A stretch of 64,000 nucleotides of DNA, taken from positions 787,865-851,864 of the forward strand of contig OY970314.1 of the NCBI GenBank assembly GCA_963716475.1, in the 5' to 3' direction. This DNA is from Candidatus Woesebacteria bacterium. Lineage in GTDB: Bacteria; Patescibacteriota; Microgenomatia; UBA8517. Every line of letters begins with the position of its first letter. Positions within the stretch are counted from its first letter, which is position 1. The position numbers and the translations under genes were made by a program. Below the pieces are notes generated by a model that saw only the letters and a list, made by a program, of their open reading frames with translations, ran no database searches and was not told the DNA's origin. Positions 28,583 to 37,562 of the stretch are shown in pieces.

Positions 28583-29458
28583 CTATTTAAGATTTGCACT
28601 CCCAGTGGCTTCCTCTACTTGAGTAATCTTTTTAACATATTGTCCTGCCACCCAACCTTCAATTCCGTTCGGTAAACCAGATGCCGGTGCCTCATACTGA
28701 ATTTTTACCCACCCCGTCGCCACGTCTTCGTCAAGAAACAGATATTGCTCCCCCGGCTTGACTTGAGCAATCTCACTGCCGGCTGTACCGGGGCCGGATC
28801 TGACCCTCAAAAATCCTGTAGGGGTAGAAAGTATTTGAACGTAAGTTTTCACCACAGGAACCGGGGTGGGTGTGGGCTGCGGTGTAAGAACCTTGGCAAG
28901 TTTTGCAAACAAGGAGAGCCGAAAGCCAACTAGTGTTTTTACTGTCATTATTCTGTCGGTATAGCCCGGCGCCCTGACTGTAATTTGATGCTGGGCGGGT
29001 GAAATATCCGAAGTTTTATACGGCGCAAAGCCTTGAGGTAAGCCGTCTACCGAAACTTGAGCATTTTCCGGTGTTGATATTACAATTAAGCCAGTTTCTG
29101 CACCCCCGATTCTGTCGAAGGAAATTACGTCTCCGGAAGATTCATCTTCAGTCCCGCCAAACTCTCTCCTTACAATGGTTTGTATGCCGGGAACAAGTGT
29201 TATTTTTGTTTCATAGGCAATCAGATTTTGCCCGGTTGAGTCAGGAACTAATTTAAGCATTATCTCCCCCGCCTTGAAAGCGCTTGTGTATGGAGTTTTG
29301 CCCACCAAATTTTCGTTAACGTAAACGTCTGAAACAGGGCTGGTATCAATAAATACGCCGCCAGGTTTCTCTCTGAAATATCCAATCAAAAAAAAGACTG
29401 CAACAATCAGGGCCGTTAGGGAGATGAGCGAAATAATTACAATTTTGGCTATCTTCAC
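28583..29458 (-). CDS. Membrane-anchored protein with two PEGA-like beta-sandwich domains and a C-terminal SH3b-like domain.
   Basis: N-terminal TM, then repeats such as VYVNENLVGKTPYTS and VSVDGLPQGFAPYKTSDISPAQHQITVRAPGY, then a C-terminus ...GFLRVRSGPGTAGSEIAQVKPGEQYLFLDEDVATGWVKIQ. Confidence 0.45.
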   Translation of the reverse strand: MKIAKIVIISLISLTALIVAVFFLIGYFREKPGGVFIDTSPVSDVYVNENLVGKTPYTSAFKAGEIMLKLVPDSTGQNLIAYETKITLVPGIQTIVRREFGGTEDESSGDVISFDRIGGAETGLIVISTPENAQVSVDGLPQGFAPYKTSDISPAQHQITVRAPGYTDRIMTVKTLVGFRLSLFAKLAKVLTPQPTPTPVPVVKTYVQILSTPTGFLRVRSGPGTAGSEIAQVKPGEQYLFLDEDVATGWVKIQYEAPASGLPNGIEGWVAGQYVKKITQVEEATGSANLK

Positions 29459-29522
29459 TTCGATCCGAGTGTATCATATGGTATAGGTGAAGCAAGGCTT
29501 GACACTCGCGTGATAAGCTAAC

Positions 29523-29551
29523 TTGGCCATTCATCTAATGAATGGTAAAAT
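29523..29551 (+). promoter_or_regulatory. Putative sigma-70-type promoter for tRNA-Cys. A weak -35 TTGGCC and an extended -10 TGGTAAAAT end 10 nt before the tRNA.
   Basis: Sequence cttggccattcatctaatgaatggtaaaat with 17-nt spacing. Confidence 0.3.
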
Positions 29552-29561
29552 ACAAGCACCT

Positions 29562-29637
29562 GGCCGGATGGCGAAGTGGAAACGCGGGAGTCTGCAAAAC
29601 TTCTATCGCGCGGGTTCGATTCCCGCTCCGGCCTCCA
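29562..29637 (+). tRNA. tRNA-Cys (anticodon GCA) with an encoded CCA end.
   Basis: It folds manually: acceptor GGCCGGA/TCCGGCC, D-arm GCGA..., anticodon stem GGAGT/ACTTC with loop CTGCAAA (anticodon GCA), T-arm GCGGG-TTCGATT-CCCGC, discriminator T, then CCA. Confidence 0.85.
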
Positions 29638-29708
29638 AAAAACCCTTAAGAAATCTGTCCTCTTCTAAACTTGACTTTCAGTCTTTTCATGGGTTAGAAT
29701 AGCGACTC

Positions 29709-29732
29709 ATCCCGCAATTCGCGGGATTTTTT
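29709..29732 (+). terminator. Rho-independent terminator: a 7-bp GC-rich stem (ATCCCGC/GCGGGAT), a 5-nt loop and a T6 run.
   Basis: atcccgcaattcgcgggatttttt lies downstream of tRNA-Cys. The T-run ends 1 nt before ATG 29733. Confidence 0.5.
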
Positions 29733-30404
29733 ATGAGAAAAATTAGCCTTGAACTGCCTAAGTACCGCCTCCAGCTTCACGTCAAGCTGGTTAAAAGGCG
29801 CAAGCCTCTTTTGGCCGAGCCGATCCTGCCTACAAAGGCTTTTGTAAACAAAAAATATAGAACCGGCACCTTTGTCGGACGTCTTGTCAGGTACTTCGCA
29901 GATCATAAAAGTATCAGGAAAATCTTTGCCACAGGTTTTGTCTTTACGGCCGTTTTGGCCGGTTTTGCCCCCCAAAGCACCAACATTCAGGTGCAGGCTG
30001 ATGAAACCGTAATTCAGCCCCAAACAACCCTTACTACACAAAAGGGTATGCAATATCCCGTAGAGCCCGTAAAAATCAACCAGGGATACAGCTTTTTCCA
30101 CCCGGCAATTGACCTTGGCGGACAAATAGGAGAACCCATAAAACCCGTCATGCCCGGTGTTGTTGCCTACGCCGGCTGGGACATTTCAGGCTATGGAAAT
30201 TTGGTGGTATTAAACCATATAAACGGTCTTCAATCTTACTACGCCCATCTTTCTAAAATTGAGGTTAAAACCGGCGAAACTGTCGGTATGGATACCGAAA
30301 TCGGGAAAATTGGAGTAACGGGGCACTCAACGGGGCCGCATCTTCATCTGGAAATTCATCAAAACGGAATCTCCCTTAATCCCCTAATGGTCCTGAGCAG
30401 ATAA
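29733..30404 (+). CDS. M23-family (LytM-like) metallopeptidase, membrane-anchored.
   Basis: HPAIDLGG...GVVAYAGWDISGYGNLVVLNHINGLQSYYAHLSKI...GVTGHSTGPHLHLEI gives the HxxxD and HxH motifs. An N-terminal anchor IFATGFVFTAVLAGFA is present. Confidence 0.75.
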   Translation: MRKISLELPKYRLQLHVKLVKRRKPLLAEPILPTKAFVNKKYRTGTFVGRLVRYFADHKSIRKIFATGFVFTAVLAGFAPQSTNIQVQADETVIQPQTTLTTQKGMQYPVEPVKINQGYSFFHPAIDLGGQIGEPIKPVMPGVVAYAGWDISGYGNLVVLNHINGLQSYYAHLSKIEVKTGETVGMDTEIGKIGVTGHSTGPHLHLEIHQNGISLNPLMVLSR

Positions 30405-30824
30405 ACCTCTCTCGACAAGATCTAATATTTGCTGAGTAACCGGGTGTCCACACAATACTCTTGCTTTCCCAAAAGTTGTCTCGAAATGAATATTTCGTCC
30501 CTCGGGACTAGACAATTTTCCCTTCCATTTTGTTACCAAATATACATGTCTCAAATTCAATGTTCCGTCAGGCTCTACTGCAAAATTTATTCCCAGTTTT
30601 TTGTAGCTCAAGGCTCTCACATCATACTCCTCGCGAACTTCTCTTCTGAGAGCTTCTTCCACAGTTTCTCCGGATTTAAGACTACCTCCAGGAACGATAG
30701 TATATCCATAATACGGGTCTCCTATTTCCACTCTTTTCTCAAGCTGTAATTTCTGACCGTCAAATAAAGCAAAGATAACTCCGTGTTTTTCGGTTTTTTC
30801 TTTTCTCTCCATCATGAAGCCCAA
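30384..30824 (-). CDS. NUDIX hydrolase.
   Basis: Nudix box GGSLKSGETVEEALRREVREEYDV. Confidence 0.75.
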   Translation of the reverse strand: MGFMMERKEKTEKHGVIFALFDGQKLQLEKRVEIGDPYYGYTIVPGGSLKSGETVEEALRREVREEYDVRALSYKKLGINFAVEPDGTLNLRHVYLVTKWKGKLSSPEGRNIHFETTFGKARVLCGHPVTQQILDLVERGLSAQDH

Positions 30825-30836
30825 TCTATCACAAAT

Positions 30837-31433
30837 CTAATTGTTTTCAAGACTCCGCCATAAATACCATGAAGCGACCGTACGGTACGGTTTCCAATAT
30901 TTTTCGGCAAACTTGGCAGAAGTCACCTTATCAAACTTATTTCCTGTGACTTTTTCGAAACCATTTTTAATTCCCAAATCCTCGACCGGAAAAATATCAG
31001 GACGTCCCAAAGAAAACATAAGAAACATGTCCGCAGTCCACGGGCCAATTCCTTTCACTGCCAAGAGTTCACTTTTGACCGTACTATCGGACTTTTCCGT
31101 TAGTTTATTTACATGAAGTTGGTTGTTTTTTACTCTTATAGACAAATCCTCGATTGCCCTCACTTTGCTCCAGGCCATTCCGCAATTTCTGAGTTCGTCA
31201 TCTGCTAGGGCCAATACTTTATCGGGGGTTAGCCTCCCTTTAACCTTAGCTTTTAGCCGTCCTTCGATTACATCCGCTACCCGGCCGGAAAGCTGTTGTC
31301 CGATTATTGCACTCACCAAACCTTGATAGTAATCAGTATGAACTCTGGGTTTTATTGTACAACGCCCCCACTTTTTAATCAGGGGTGCAATATGTTTGTC
31401 TTTGAGAAGAAATTTTTCTGCCTCACTCCACAT
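30837..31433 (-). CDS. HhH-GPD base-excision glycosylase, AlkA-like (3-methyladenine DNA glycosylase II).
   Basis: LVSAIIGQQLSGRVADVI...LLAVKGIGPWTADMFLMFSLGRPDIFPVEDLGI shows the HhH + GPD with catalytic Asp arrangement. Confidence 0.7.
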   Translation of the reverse strand: MWSEAEKFLLKDKHIAPLIKKWGRCTIKPRVHTDYYQGLVSAIIGQQLSGRVADVIEGRLKAKVKGRLTPDKVLALADDELRNCGMAWSKVRAIEDLSIRVKNNQLHVNKLTEKSDSTVKSELLAVKGIGPWTADMFLMFSLGRPDIFPVEDLGIKNGFEKVTGNKFDKVTSAKFAEKYWKPYRTVASWYLWRSLENN

Positions 31434-33061
31434 TAATAGTCCATTCCGCCCATTCCGCCTTGTGGCATTACGGGTTCTTTCTTTTCCTCGGGTATATCTG
31501 TCACAAGTCCCTCGGTTGTAAGGACCATCATGGCAACGCTGGCTGCATTTTGGAGTGCGCTTCTGGTTACCTTTACGGGGTCTATCACTCCAAATTTTGT
31601 CATTGATCCGTATTCCCCTGTCAGGGCATTATATCCGTAATCGTTGTCCTTACTTGCCAACACTTTTTTCAAAACCGCTTCCCCATCCTCCCCGGCATTT
31701 TTGGATAGCCACTTAATCGGTTCCTCGAGTGCCTCCCAAACAATATCAACCCCGATTTGTTCGTCACCTTTCTCAACCTTGAGTTTCTTTACGGCACCTC
31801 GGGCTCTGAGAAACGCCGTTTCGCCACCCGGAACAATCCCTTCCTCAGTTGCAGCTTTTGTAGCTCCAACCGCATCTTTTACTCTTTCTTTTTTATCATT
31901 AAGTTCAATTTCAGTAGCGGCTCCAACGTTTATCTGGGCGACTCCGCCAGCAAGTTTTGCCAACCTTTCTTCAAACTTCTCCTTATCAAAATCACTATCT
32001 GTAACCTCTATCTGCTTCTTAATCGAGCCTATTCTGGCATCAATTGCTCCCTTGTCACCCTTACCACCGATCAGTCTGGCGTTATCCTTGTCTGCCCAAA
32101 CTTTATCTGCCTGTCCCAAATCCGTCACTTCAATGGATTCAAAATTGCGTCCAGTATCTTCCGATATTACCGTCCCGCCGGTTAGAACCGCAATGTCTTC
32201 GAGCATTTCTTTCCTTCTGTCACCAAACCCGGGGGCTTTAATTGCCAAAACATTAAAAGTTCCCCGGAGTTTATTTACCACCAGGGTGGCTAAAGCTTCT
32301 CCTTCAATTTCGTCGGCAATAATTACCAAATTCTTGGAAACTTTTACAAATTTTTCCAGGAAAGGAAGAAGATCCTGAATCGCAGAAATCTTTTTATCCG
32401 TGATAAGTATGTATGCCCCTTCAATTTCAGCTTCCATCTTATCAGGATTGGTTACAAAATATGCTGAAGCATAACCCCTGTCAAACTCCATTCCTTCCTT
32501 ATATTCAATATCTATGGTCAAACCTTTTCCTTCTTCAACAGTGACAACACCGTCACGGCCGACTTTATCAAGCGCTTCGGCAATCTTGGCTCCAATTTCG
32601 GTATCCCCGGCGGAAATTGCGGCCACCTGCGCAATTTCTTCTTTATTCTTAATGGGTTTTGCCATTTTTTTGAGTTCCGCTGTCACGGCTTCAACTGCCT
32701 TTTCAATGCCCTTTTTGACAATCATTGGGTTGGCGCCAGCATTAATTTTGGCCATTCCCTTTTGGGTCATAACCTGAGCCAGAAGAGTTGATGTTGTAGT
32801 TCCGTCTCCCGCATTATCGTTGGTTTTACTCGCAGCCTCTTTAACAAGTTGTGCACCCATGTTTTCAAAAGGGTCCGGAAGGTCGATTTCTTTTGCAACA
32901 GACACCCCGTCATGAACAATGTTTGGGGCACCCCACTTTTTATCGAGGGCGATATTTCTTCCCTTGGGGCCAAGAGTGGTCACCACGGCTTTAGCTACAG
33001 TATCAATTCCTTTTAAAAGCGCTTCTCTGGCTTTGTTGGAAAATTTTAATTGTTTCGCCAT
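31433..33061 (-). CDS. groL: Chaperonin GroEL.
   Basis: [59 protein letters not shown]... with a C-terminal GGMGGM tail. Confidence 0.95.
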   Translation of the reverse strand: MAKQLKFSNKAREALLKGIDTVAKAVVTTLGPKGRNIALDKKWGAPNIVHDGVSVAKEIDLPDPFENMGAQLVKEAASKTNDNAGDGTTTSTLLAQVMTQKGMAKINAGANPMIVKKGIEKAVEAVTAELKKMAKPIKNKEEIAQVAAISAGDTEIGAKIAEALDKVGRDGVVTVEEGKGLTIDIEYKEGMEFDRGYASAYFVTNPDKMEAEIEGAYILITDKKISAIQDLLPFLEKFVKVSKNLVIIADEIEGEALATLVVNKLRGTFNVLAIKAPGFGDRRKEMLEDIAVLTGGTVISEDTGRNFESIEVTDLGQADKVWADKDNARLIGGKGDKGAIDARIGSIKKQIEVTDSDFDKEKFEERLAKLAGGVAQINVGAATEIELNDKKERVKDAVGATKAATEEGIVPGGETAFLRARGAVKKLKVEKGDEQIGVDIVWEALEEPIKWLSKNAGEDGEAVLKKVLASKDNDYGYNALTGEYGSMTKFGVIDPVKVTRSALQNAASVAMMVLTTEGLVTDIPEEKKEPVMPQGGMGGMDY

Positions 33062-33063
33062 GT

Positions 33064-33363
33064 TTATTTTGTTTCAACAGCTAAAACATCCTCAAATTTT
33101 ACGAAAAGATATTCAATATTTCCGACTTTGACTTCATTTCCGCCCCACTTTTTGTAAATGACAATGTCGTTAACTTTTACGGGCGAGGCTCTCTTTACTC
33201 CTTTTTCCGTGATCTCGGAGGCGCCAACTGCTAAGACTTTTCCTTTTTGGGGTTTTTCTCCGGCCGTGTCGGGAAGGTAGATTCCGGAAGCTGTTTTAAC
33301 CTCTTTTTCAAGAGGTTCGATAAGAAGATATCCCGCGGTTGGTTTTAGGTTTAGTTTTGTCAT
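33064..33363 (-). CDS. groS: Co-chaperonin GroES.
   Basis: A 99-aa protein [47 protein letters not shown]..., 2 nt upstream of groL. Confidence 0.9.
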   Translation of the reverse strand: MTKLNLKPTAGYLLIEPLEKEVKTASGIYLPDTAGEKPQKGKVLAVGASEITEKGVKRASPVKVNDIVIYKKWGGNEVKVGNIEYLFVKFEDVLAVETK

Positions 33364-33390
33364 TTTTTCGAAAAAATAAATGCTAATTGC

Positions 33391-33417
33391 TTAGCATTCT
33401 AACTAGCTGAGTGCTAT
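33391..33417 (-). promoter_or_regulatory. CIRCE (HrcA operator) inverted repeat upstream of groES.
   Basis: TTAGCATTC-N9-GAGTGCTAT against the consensus TTAGCACTC-N9-GAGTGCTAA, 28-54 nt upstream of the groES start. A second short palindrome TGCTAATTGCTTAGCA lies just upstream. Confidence 0.6.
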
Positions 33418-33440
33418 TCTAAAGGCTGTGTTGTGCCTTG

Positions 33441-34307
33441 TCAAGAGCCGAGACGTGAGATTACAAGCTTCCCGAGGTCTTGCGGATGGAAGACGGCGCG
33501 GGTCGGAGTAGCCACCTCTCTTGTCATTTTAGACTTCATAAATCCGTATTGAGACTTGAATGCAATTTTTTCAACTAATAAAAAAATAGGGTTTTTAAAA
33601 ACGTGCTTCTTGCCCCCTTCTTCCTGCTCCCCGATTTTTACAGCATTTGGCCAATACTTTAAAATCCACCTGTTTTTATGCAAAAATCTTTCGTAAATAC
33701 CATCCTTATCTACCAGCGGCAAAACCTGAGCTATTTCATGAGCCGTATACAGATTCCTATCGCCTTTCCTCCAGACAAGATCTTTTTCATCCATCCACAT
33801 GTTCAGACACAATTTATCTTTTTCGTTGGCGTCACCAGCCTTCCTTAATTTAAAGCCGGTAACTTTCAAAACAAAATAGGACAAGATCCTGGTTGTCCAG
33901 AGAAGATTTCTATGGGTAACTATAAAAAGGTCTATATCGCTTTCGTCCGCGGCATTGCTCATTGCCAGTGAACCCGTCACCGCTACCATTTTTATACTCG
34001 GGATCAGAGAAAGTGTATTAGCAGCTTTTTTGGCAATTTCCATTTTCTTTGCAGAAATCCTGTTTCGAAGTGCTCTTTTATAAACCAAGCCCCCCCTCCC
34101 GTCCAAAAAGTAGTAACCATTTTGATAAATAACAGGAATTTTATACTGTCTTAGCAACAGGTATTTTGACGGTTCCCATTTAATAAGATCTGCAAATGTA
34201 AGCGGAAAGTCAAACAGATCGTGATAGTATATGCTAAGTTTTTCCGGCTTTCCCAACATTTTCCTATCTTTGGATTTATCTGAAGCAATCGGGTAAAGAC
34301 TATGCAT
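33441..34307 (-). CDS. Nucleotidyltransferase-fold (Pol-beta superfamily) protein with a C-terminal extension.
   Basis: GSLAMSNAADESDIDLFIV matches the GS-x(n)-DxD NTase motif. Start chosen at the Met giving a TAATG overlap with the upstream gene; the ORF track extends to 34361. Confidence 0.4.
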   Translation of the reverse strand: MHSLYPIASDKSKDRKMLGKPEKLSIYYHDLFDFPLTFADLIKWEPSKYLLLRQYKIPVIYQNGYYFLDGRGGLVYKRALRNRISAKKMEIAKKAANTLSLIPSIKMVAVTGSLAMSNAADESDIDLFIVTHRNLLWTTRILSYFVLKVTGFKLRKAGDANEKDKLCLNMWMDEKDLVWRKGDRNLYTAHEIAQVLPLVDKDGIYERFLHKNRWILKYWPNAVKIGEQEEGGKKHVFKNPIFLLVEKIAFKSQYGFMKSKMTREVATPTRAVFHPQDLGKLVISRLGS

Positions 34308-35731
34308 TATTTGACCACAAGGCGATATTGGGCAAGTACTTGGGCAACCCCTTGCGCGCACGTAGCAAGGGCCTGGGTTACAGACTCCTTATTATCGGCA
34401 ACTGAGTTAACAGCGTCGCCAAAATAATTTGAAAGTTGAGTATTAATGCCCGTTGGTCCGTCAAATGTGCGGGAAGCCAGATACCAACTCCGGGCACCCG
34501 GAGCCTGTGATGTTATTGACCCAAGAATCGGATGATCGGTTAAAAGTTGTGCCATGTCGATCCTTGGGTAAACTTCCCCAAGTCCCCTGGCAGCTGTTGC
34601 GTTTTGATACATCTTCTGCAAAGAATCTTGCGTGCTTAGAAATCCTAAGAAATCCCAGGCTGCAGCCTTACTAGGACTTTTTGCCCAAACACCCTGCGCC
34701 CAGTATGTAGCATACGTAATGTCTTGCTGACTTGGGTTATCTTTGGGAAGCTGAGGAATGGGAGCTGTTTTAAATTTCAGGTTTGGATTTGCTTGCTTAA
34801 TCTCAAAATAGCGCCACGACGGACCTATATACATGGCAAGTTTCCCTGCCGAAAACGATTGTGTGGAAGGAGGAAGTGTAGCATCCCACACTCCGTCAAC
34901 CGAAGAAAAATGAGTGAAAAATGTAAGAGCTCCTTCGGCGTTTTTACCGGTAGGATTCGCCAGATCGACGTTGTTCTGAATCATCATAAGCGCCAATATT
35001 TCCTGCCAGTGATCCACATTTTCGGTTCTTCCCAGGGCAACCCCCGCCTGGACAATCGCACCCTGATCATTTTTTATTGTAAGTCTTATTGCCAAAGCCC
35101 TTAGTTCATCCCATGTGGCAGGAGGAGACACACCCGCTCCATTAAAAATATCCTCATTTATGTAAAGCGTAAGAGCATCGTACCCGAGCGGTATCCCGAC
35201 AATTGAATTTCCAGTAGATAAATCCGACGATGCTGTACGGTAAAAAGTTTTTACATAATCCGCAGGATTCATTACATTTGCAGGAAGGCTGTCTAGATCA
35301 TTCCTAAACATCGGTACCCAAGAATTGTGGAAGGTAAAAATATCCGGTCCTGTTCCTTTTGCCAATGAATTCGTCAGTCTTTCCCGATAGTCCTGCTGTG
35401 ACTGTTCAATATAATTGATCTTGATCCCCGGGTGAGACGCCTGATACTCCGTAATAAGCGGCGTTACTATGGCCGGATCCTCCCAAAGACCCCACCAGGT
35501 TATTTGTCCTGATGTACCGCTCTTCGAACTCATCAGTTGCCGGACCACAAATAGAGCAGCTATAACAAGTATCAAACCGACAGCTATAAATATTAATGCC
35601 TTAGGAAAATGTTTTTTAGCTTTAACAACGGGTGAAGGTGTCTGTTGTACCGAAACCCCCGCAACGGGGATCTGAGCTACCGGCGGCGAACTAAAAGATG
35701 GATCGTTTTGGTAAATATTTTTTGGTGGCAT
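34307..35731 (-). CDS. Extracellular solute-binding protein (ABC-type family 1, sugar-binding MalE-like), TM-anchored.
   Basis: A Pro-rich N-tail, a TM (ALIFIAVGLILVIAALFVV), then ITWWGLWEDPAIVTPLITEYQASHPGIKINYIEQSQQDYRERL...GPDIFTFHNSW... SBP_bac_1-like pattern. Confidence 0.6.
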   Translation of the reverse strand: MPPKNIYQNDPSFSSPPVAQIPVAGVSVQQTPSPVVKAKKHFPKALIFIAVGLILVIAALFVVRQLMSSKSGTSGQITWWGLWEDPAIVTPLITEYQASHPGIKINYIEQSQQDYRERLTNSLAKGTGPDIFTFHNSWVPMFRNDLDSLPANVMNPADYVKTFYRTASSDLSTGNSIVGIPLGYDALTLYINEDIFNGAGVSPPATWDELRALAIRLTIKNDQGAIVQAGVALGRTENVDHWQEILALMMIQNNVDLANPTGKNAEGALTFFTHFSSVDGVWDATLPPSTQSFSAGKLAMYIGPSWRYFEIKQANPNLKFKTAPIPQLPKDNPSQQDITYATYWAQGVWAKSPSKAAAWDFLGFLSTQDSLQKMYQNATAARGLGEVYPRIDMAQLLTDHPILGSITSQAPGARSWYLASRTFDGPTGINTQLSNYFGDAVNSVADNKESVTQALATCAQGVAQVLAQYRLVVK

Positions 35732-37538
35732 GCTTATCTCTTGGCTCTCTATCCTTTCTAAATGGTATCATATCGGTGTGAGAAGATCGATACTGCATTT
35801 GAATAAAAAACGGGTTAAAATATTCGCCTGGATCGGGCTTTCTCTCATCACAGCAATTCTGGGCGTCTTTGCTATCTATTTTTTACTATTCACGGGTAAG
35901 GTTTATCCAAATACTAGTGTTGCCGGCGTTGAAATCGGAGGGCTATCTGTTAATGAAGCCACCACTTTTCTGTCTTCAAATATTAATGTGCCGCAAAAAA
36001 TCCAGTTAACCGATGCCGGTCAGACTTTCAACATAGATACCAAAAATATTGATTTTTCATACAACTTTACGTACTCGGTGCAAAGAGCTTTTAATTTAAC
36101 CAGAACCGGAAACTTTTTCTACGATATCTCAGAACGTATTAACCTCCTTTTTAAGCCCATAAACATTGGTCTCGCCGTTAATCTGGACGAAGGTAAACTG
36201 GATAAAATAATTTCGGTTATTTCCGGCCAAGTCTCGAAAGACCCCGTAGAACCCTCCATTACACCTACCAACGGTGCCATAACAATTGATAAGGGTGCCG
36301 CCGGGACAGAGGTGGACTCAATTACGTTAAGAGCGGTAATCGGGGAAAATCTGTCACTTGTTAGAACCGGTGATATAGAAATACCGATTAATGCAGTTGA
36401 TCACACTCTCAGTCAAAACGCGGCCGACGAACTCAAAAAGCGTGCGGAAAAATACATAGGTAGGTCGTTACAATTGAAATTTGAATACAATACCTATACC
36501 TTGGCCGATAAAGATTTAATTAAACTTCTCGATACCGGAACCGGATATAATGACCAATCAATAGAAGCGCTGATTCCGGACTTTTCCGCCAAGGTTAACC
36601 GCGACCCGCAAAATCCCAAGTTTATTTTCGAAAACGGCCGAGTAACCGAGTTCCAACCGGCTCTCGATGGTATTCGGATTGATAGCGAAAATTTTAAAAA
36701 CCAAATTATCGTCGCCCTTAGCCAAATCGAGAACGGGACTGATAAAATCGTCGCTCTCAATATTCCGGTCTTTAGAACCCCATCGGAAGTTTCAACCGAA
36801 AGTATAAACAATCTTGGAATTAAAGAATTAATAGGGCGTGGTACCTCTATCTACTTTCACTCAATTCCGGGCAGGGTTCACAACGTAGTCCTCGCCGCAA
36901 GTAGAATCAACGGAACATTGGTTAAGCCGGGAGACACCTTTTCTTTTAATGACGCCTTAGGGGATGTATCGGCGTTTACCGGATACCAGCAGGCGTATAT
37001 AATTTCCGGGGGCAAAACTATTTTAGGCGACGGCGGCGGTGTGTGCCAAGTTTCAACTACCCTTTTTCGGGCACTTCTTAACGCCGGTTTACCGATTGTC
37101 GAACGGGCTGCTCACGCCTATAGAGTAGGTTATTATGAACAGGATTCTCCACCCGGATTTGATGCAACAGTTTATGCCCCCTCGCCGGATTTAAAATTTA
37201 TAAATGACACGCCAGGCTATATTTTAATCGAGGCTGTGGCTAATCCTAAAAATTATTCGTTGGTCTTCGAATTATATGGTACCAGCGACGGAAGAGTAGC
37301 AACAGCCTCTAAACCTGTTGTTTCAAATGTTACACCCGCTCTTCCGACGGTTTACCAGGATGATCCCACTCTCCCGGCCGGAACTCTTAAACAAACAGAT
37401 TTCAGCGCGGCCGGGGCTACGGTTAAATTTAACTATGTGGTAAATAGAGGCGGCCAAACTATTTTCCAAAAAACATTCATAAGTAACTACAGGCCCTGGG
37501 CTGCCGTTTATCTCCGTGGTACAGGACCAGCAATTTAG
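35730..37538 (+). CDS. VanW-family protein, membrane-anchored, with N-terminal repeats.
   Basis: ...FSFNDALGDVSAFTGYQQAYIISGGKTILGDGGGVCQVSTTLFRALLNAGLPIVERAAHAYRVGYYE is the VanW domain signature, with an N-terminal TM. Confidence 0.7.
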   Translation: MLISWLSILSKWYHIGVRRSILHLNKKRVKIFAWIGLSLITAILGVFAIYFLLFTGKVYPNTSVAGVEIGGLSVNEATTFLSSNINVPQKIQLTDAGQTFNIDTKNIDFSYNFTYSVQRAFNLTRTGNFFYDISERINLLFKPINIGLAVNLDEGKLDKIISVISGQVSKDPVEPSITPTNGAITIDKGAAGTEVDSITLRAVIGENLSLVRTGDIEIPINAVDHTLSQNAADELKKRAEKYIGRSLQLKFEYNTYTLADKDLIKLLDTGTGYNDQSIEALIPDFSAKVNRDPQNPKFIFENGRVTEFQPALDGIRIDSENFKNQIIVALSQIENGTDKIVALNIPVFRTPSEVSTESINNLGIKELIGRGTSIYFHSIPGRVHNVVLAASRINGTLVKPGDTFSFNDALGDVSAFTGYQQAYIISGGKTILGDGGGVCQVSTTLFRALLNAGLPIVERAAHAYRVGYYEQDSPPGFDATVYAPSPDLKFINDTPGYILIEAVANPKNYSLVFELYGTSDGRVATASKPVVSNVTPALPTVYQDDPTLPAGTLKQTDFSAAGATVKFNYVVNRGGQTIFQKTFISNYRPWAAVYLRGTGPAI

Positions 37539-37562
37539 CTTCAAAATTGATACAATTGCTGC

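Noticed and set aside
30429-30749. 106-aa plus-strand ORF 30429..30749
   Set aside because: It is antisense to the NUDIX hydrolase gene whose Nudix box is intact. The ORF is Cys/Ser/Phe-rich and has no homology pattern.
31644-32378. Plus-strand ORFs of 142-244 aa inside groEL (31644..32378, 31757..32185, 32514..32777)
   Set aside because: They are antisense to an unmistakable GroEL gene. Ser/Pro/Ala-rich low-complexity translations are typical of antisense frames of GC-biased codon positions.
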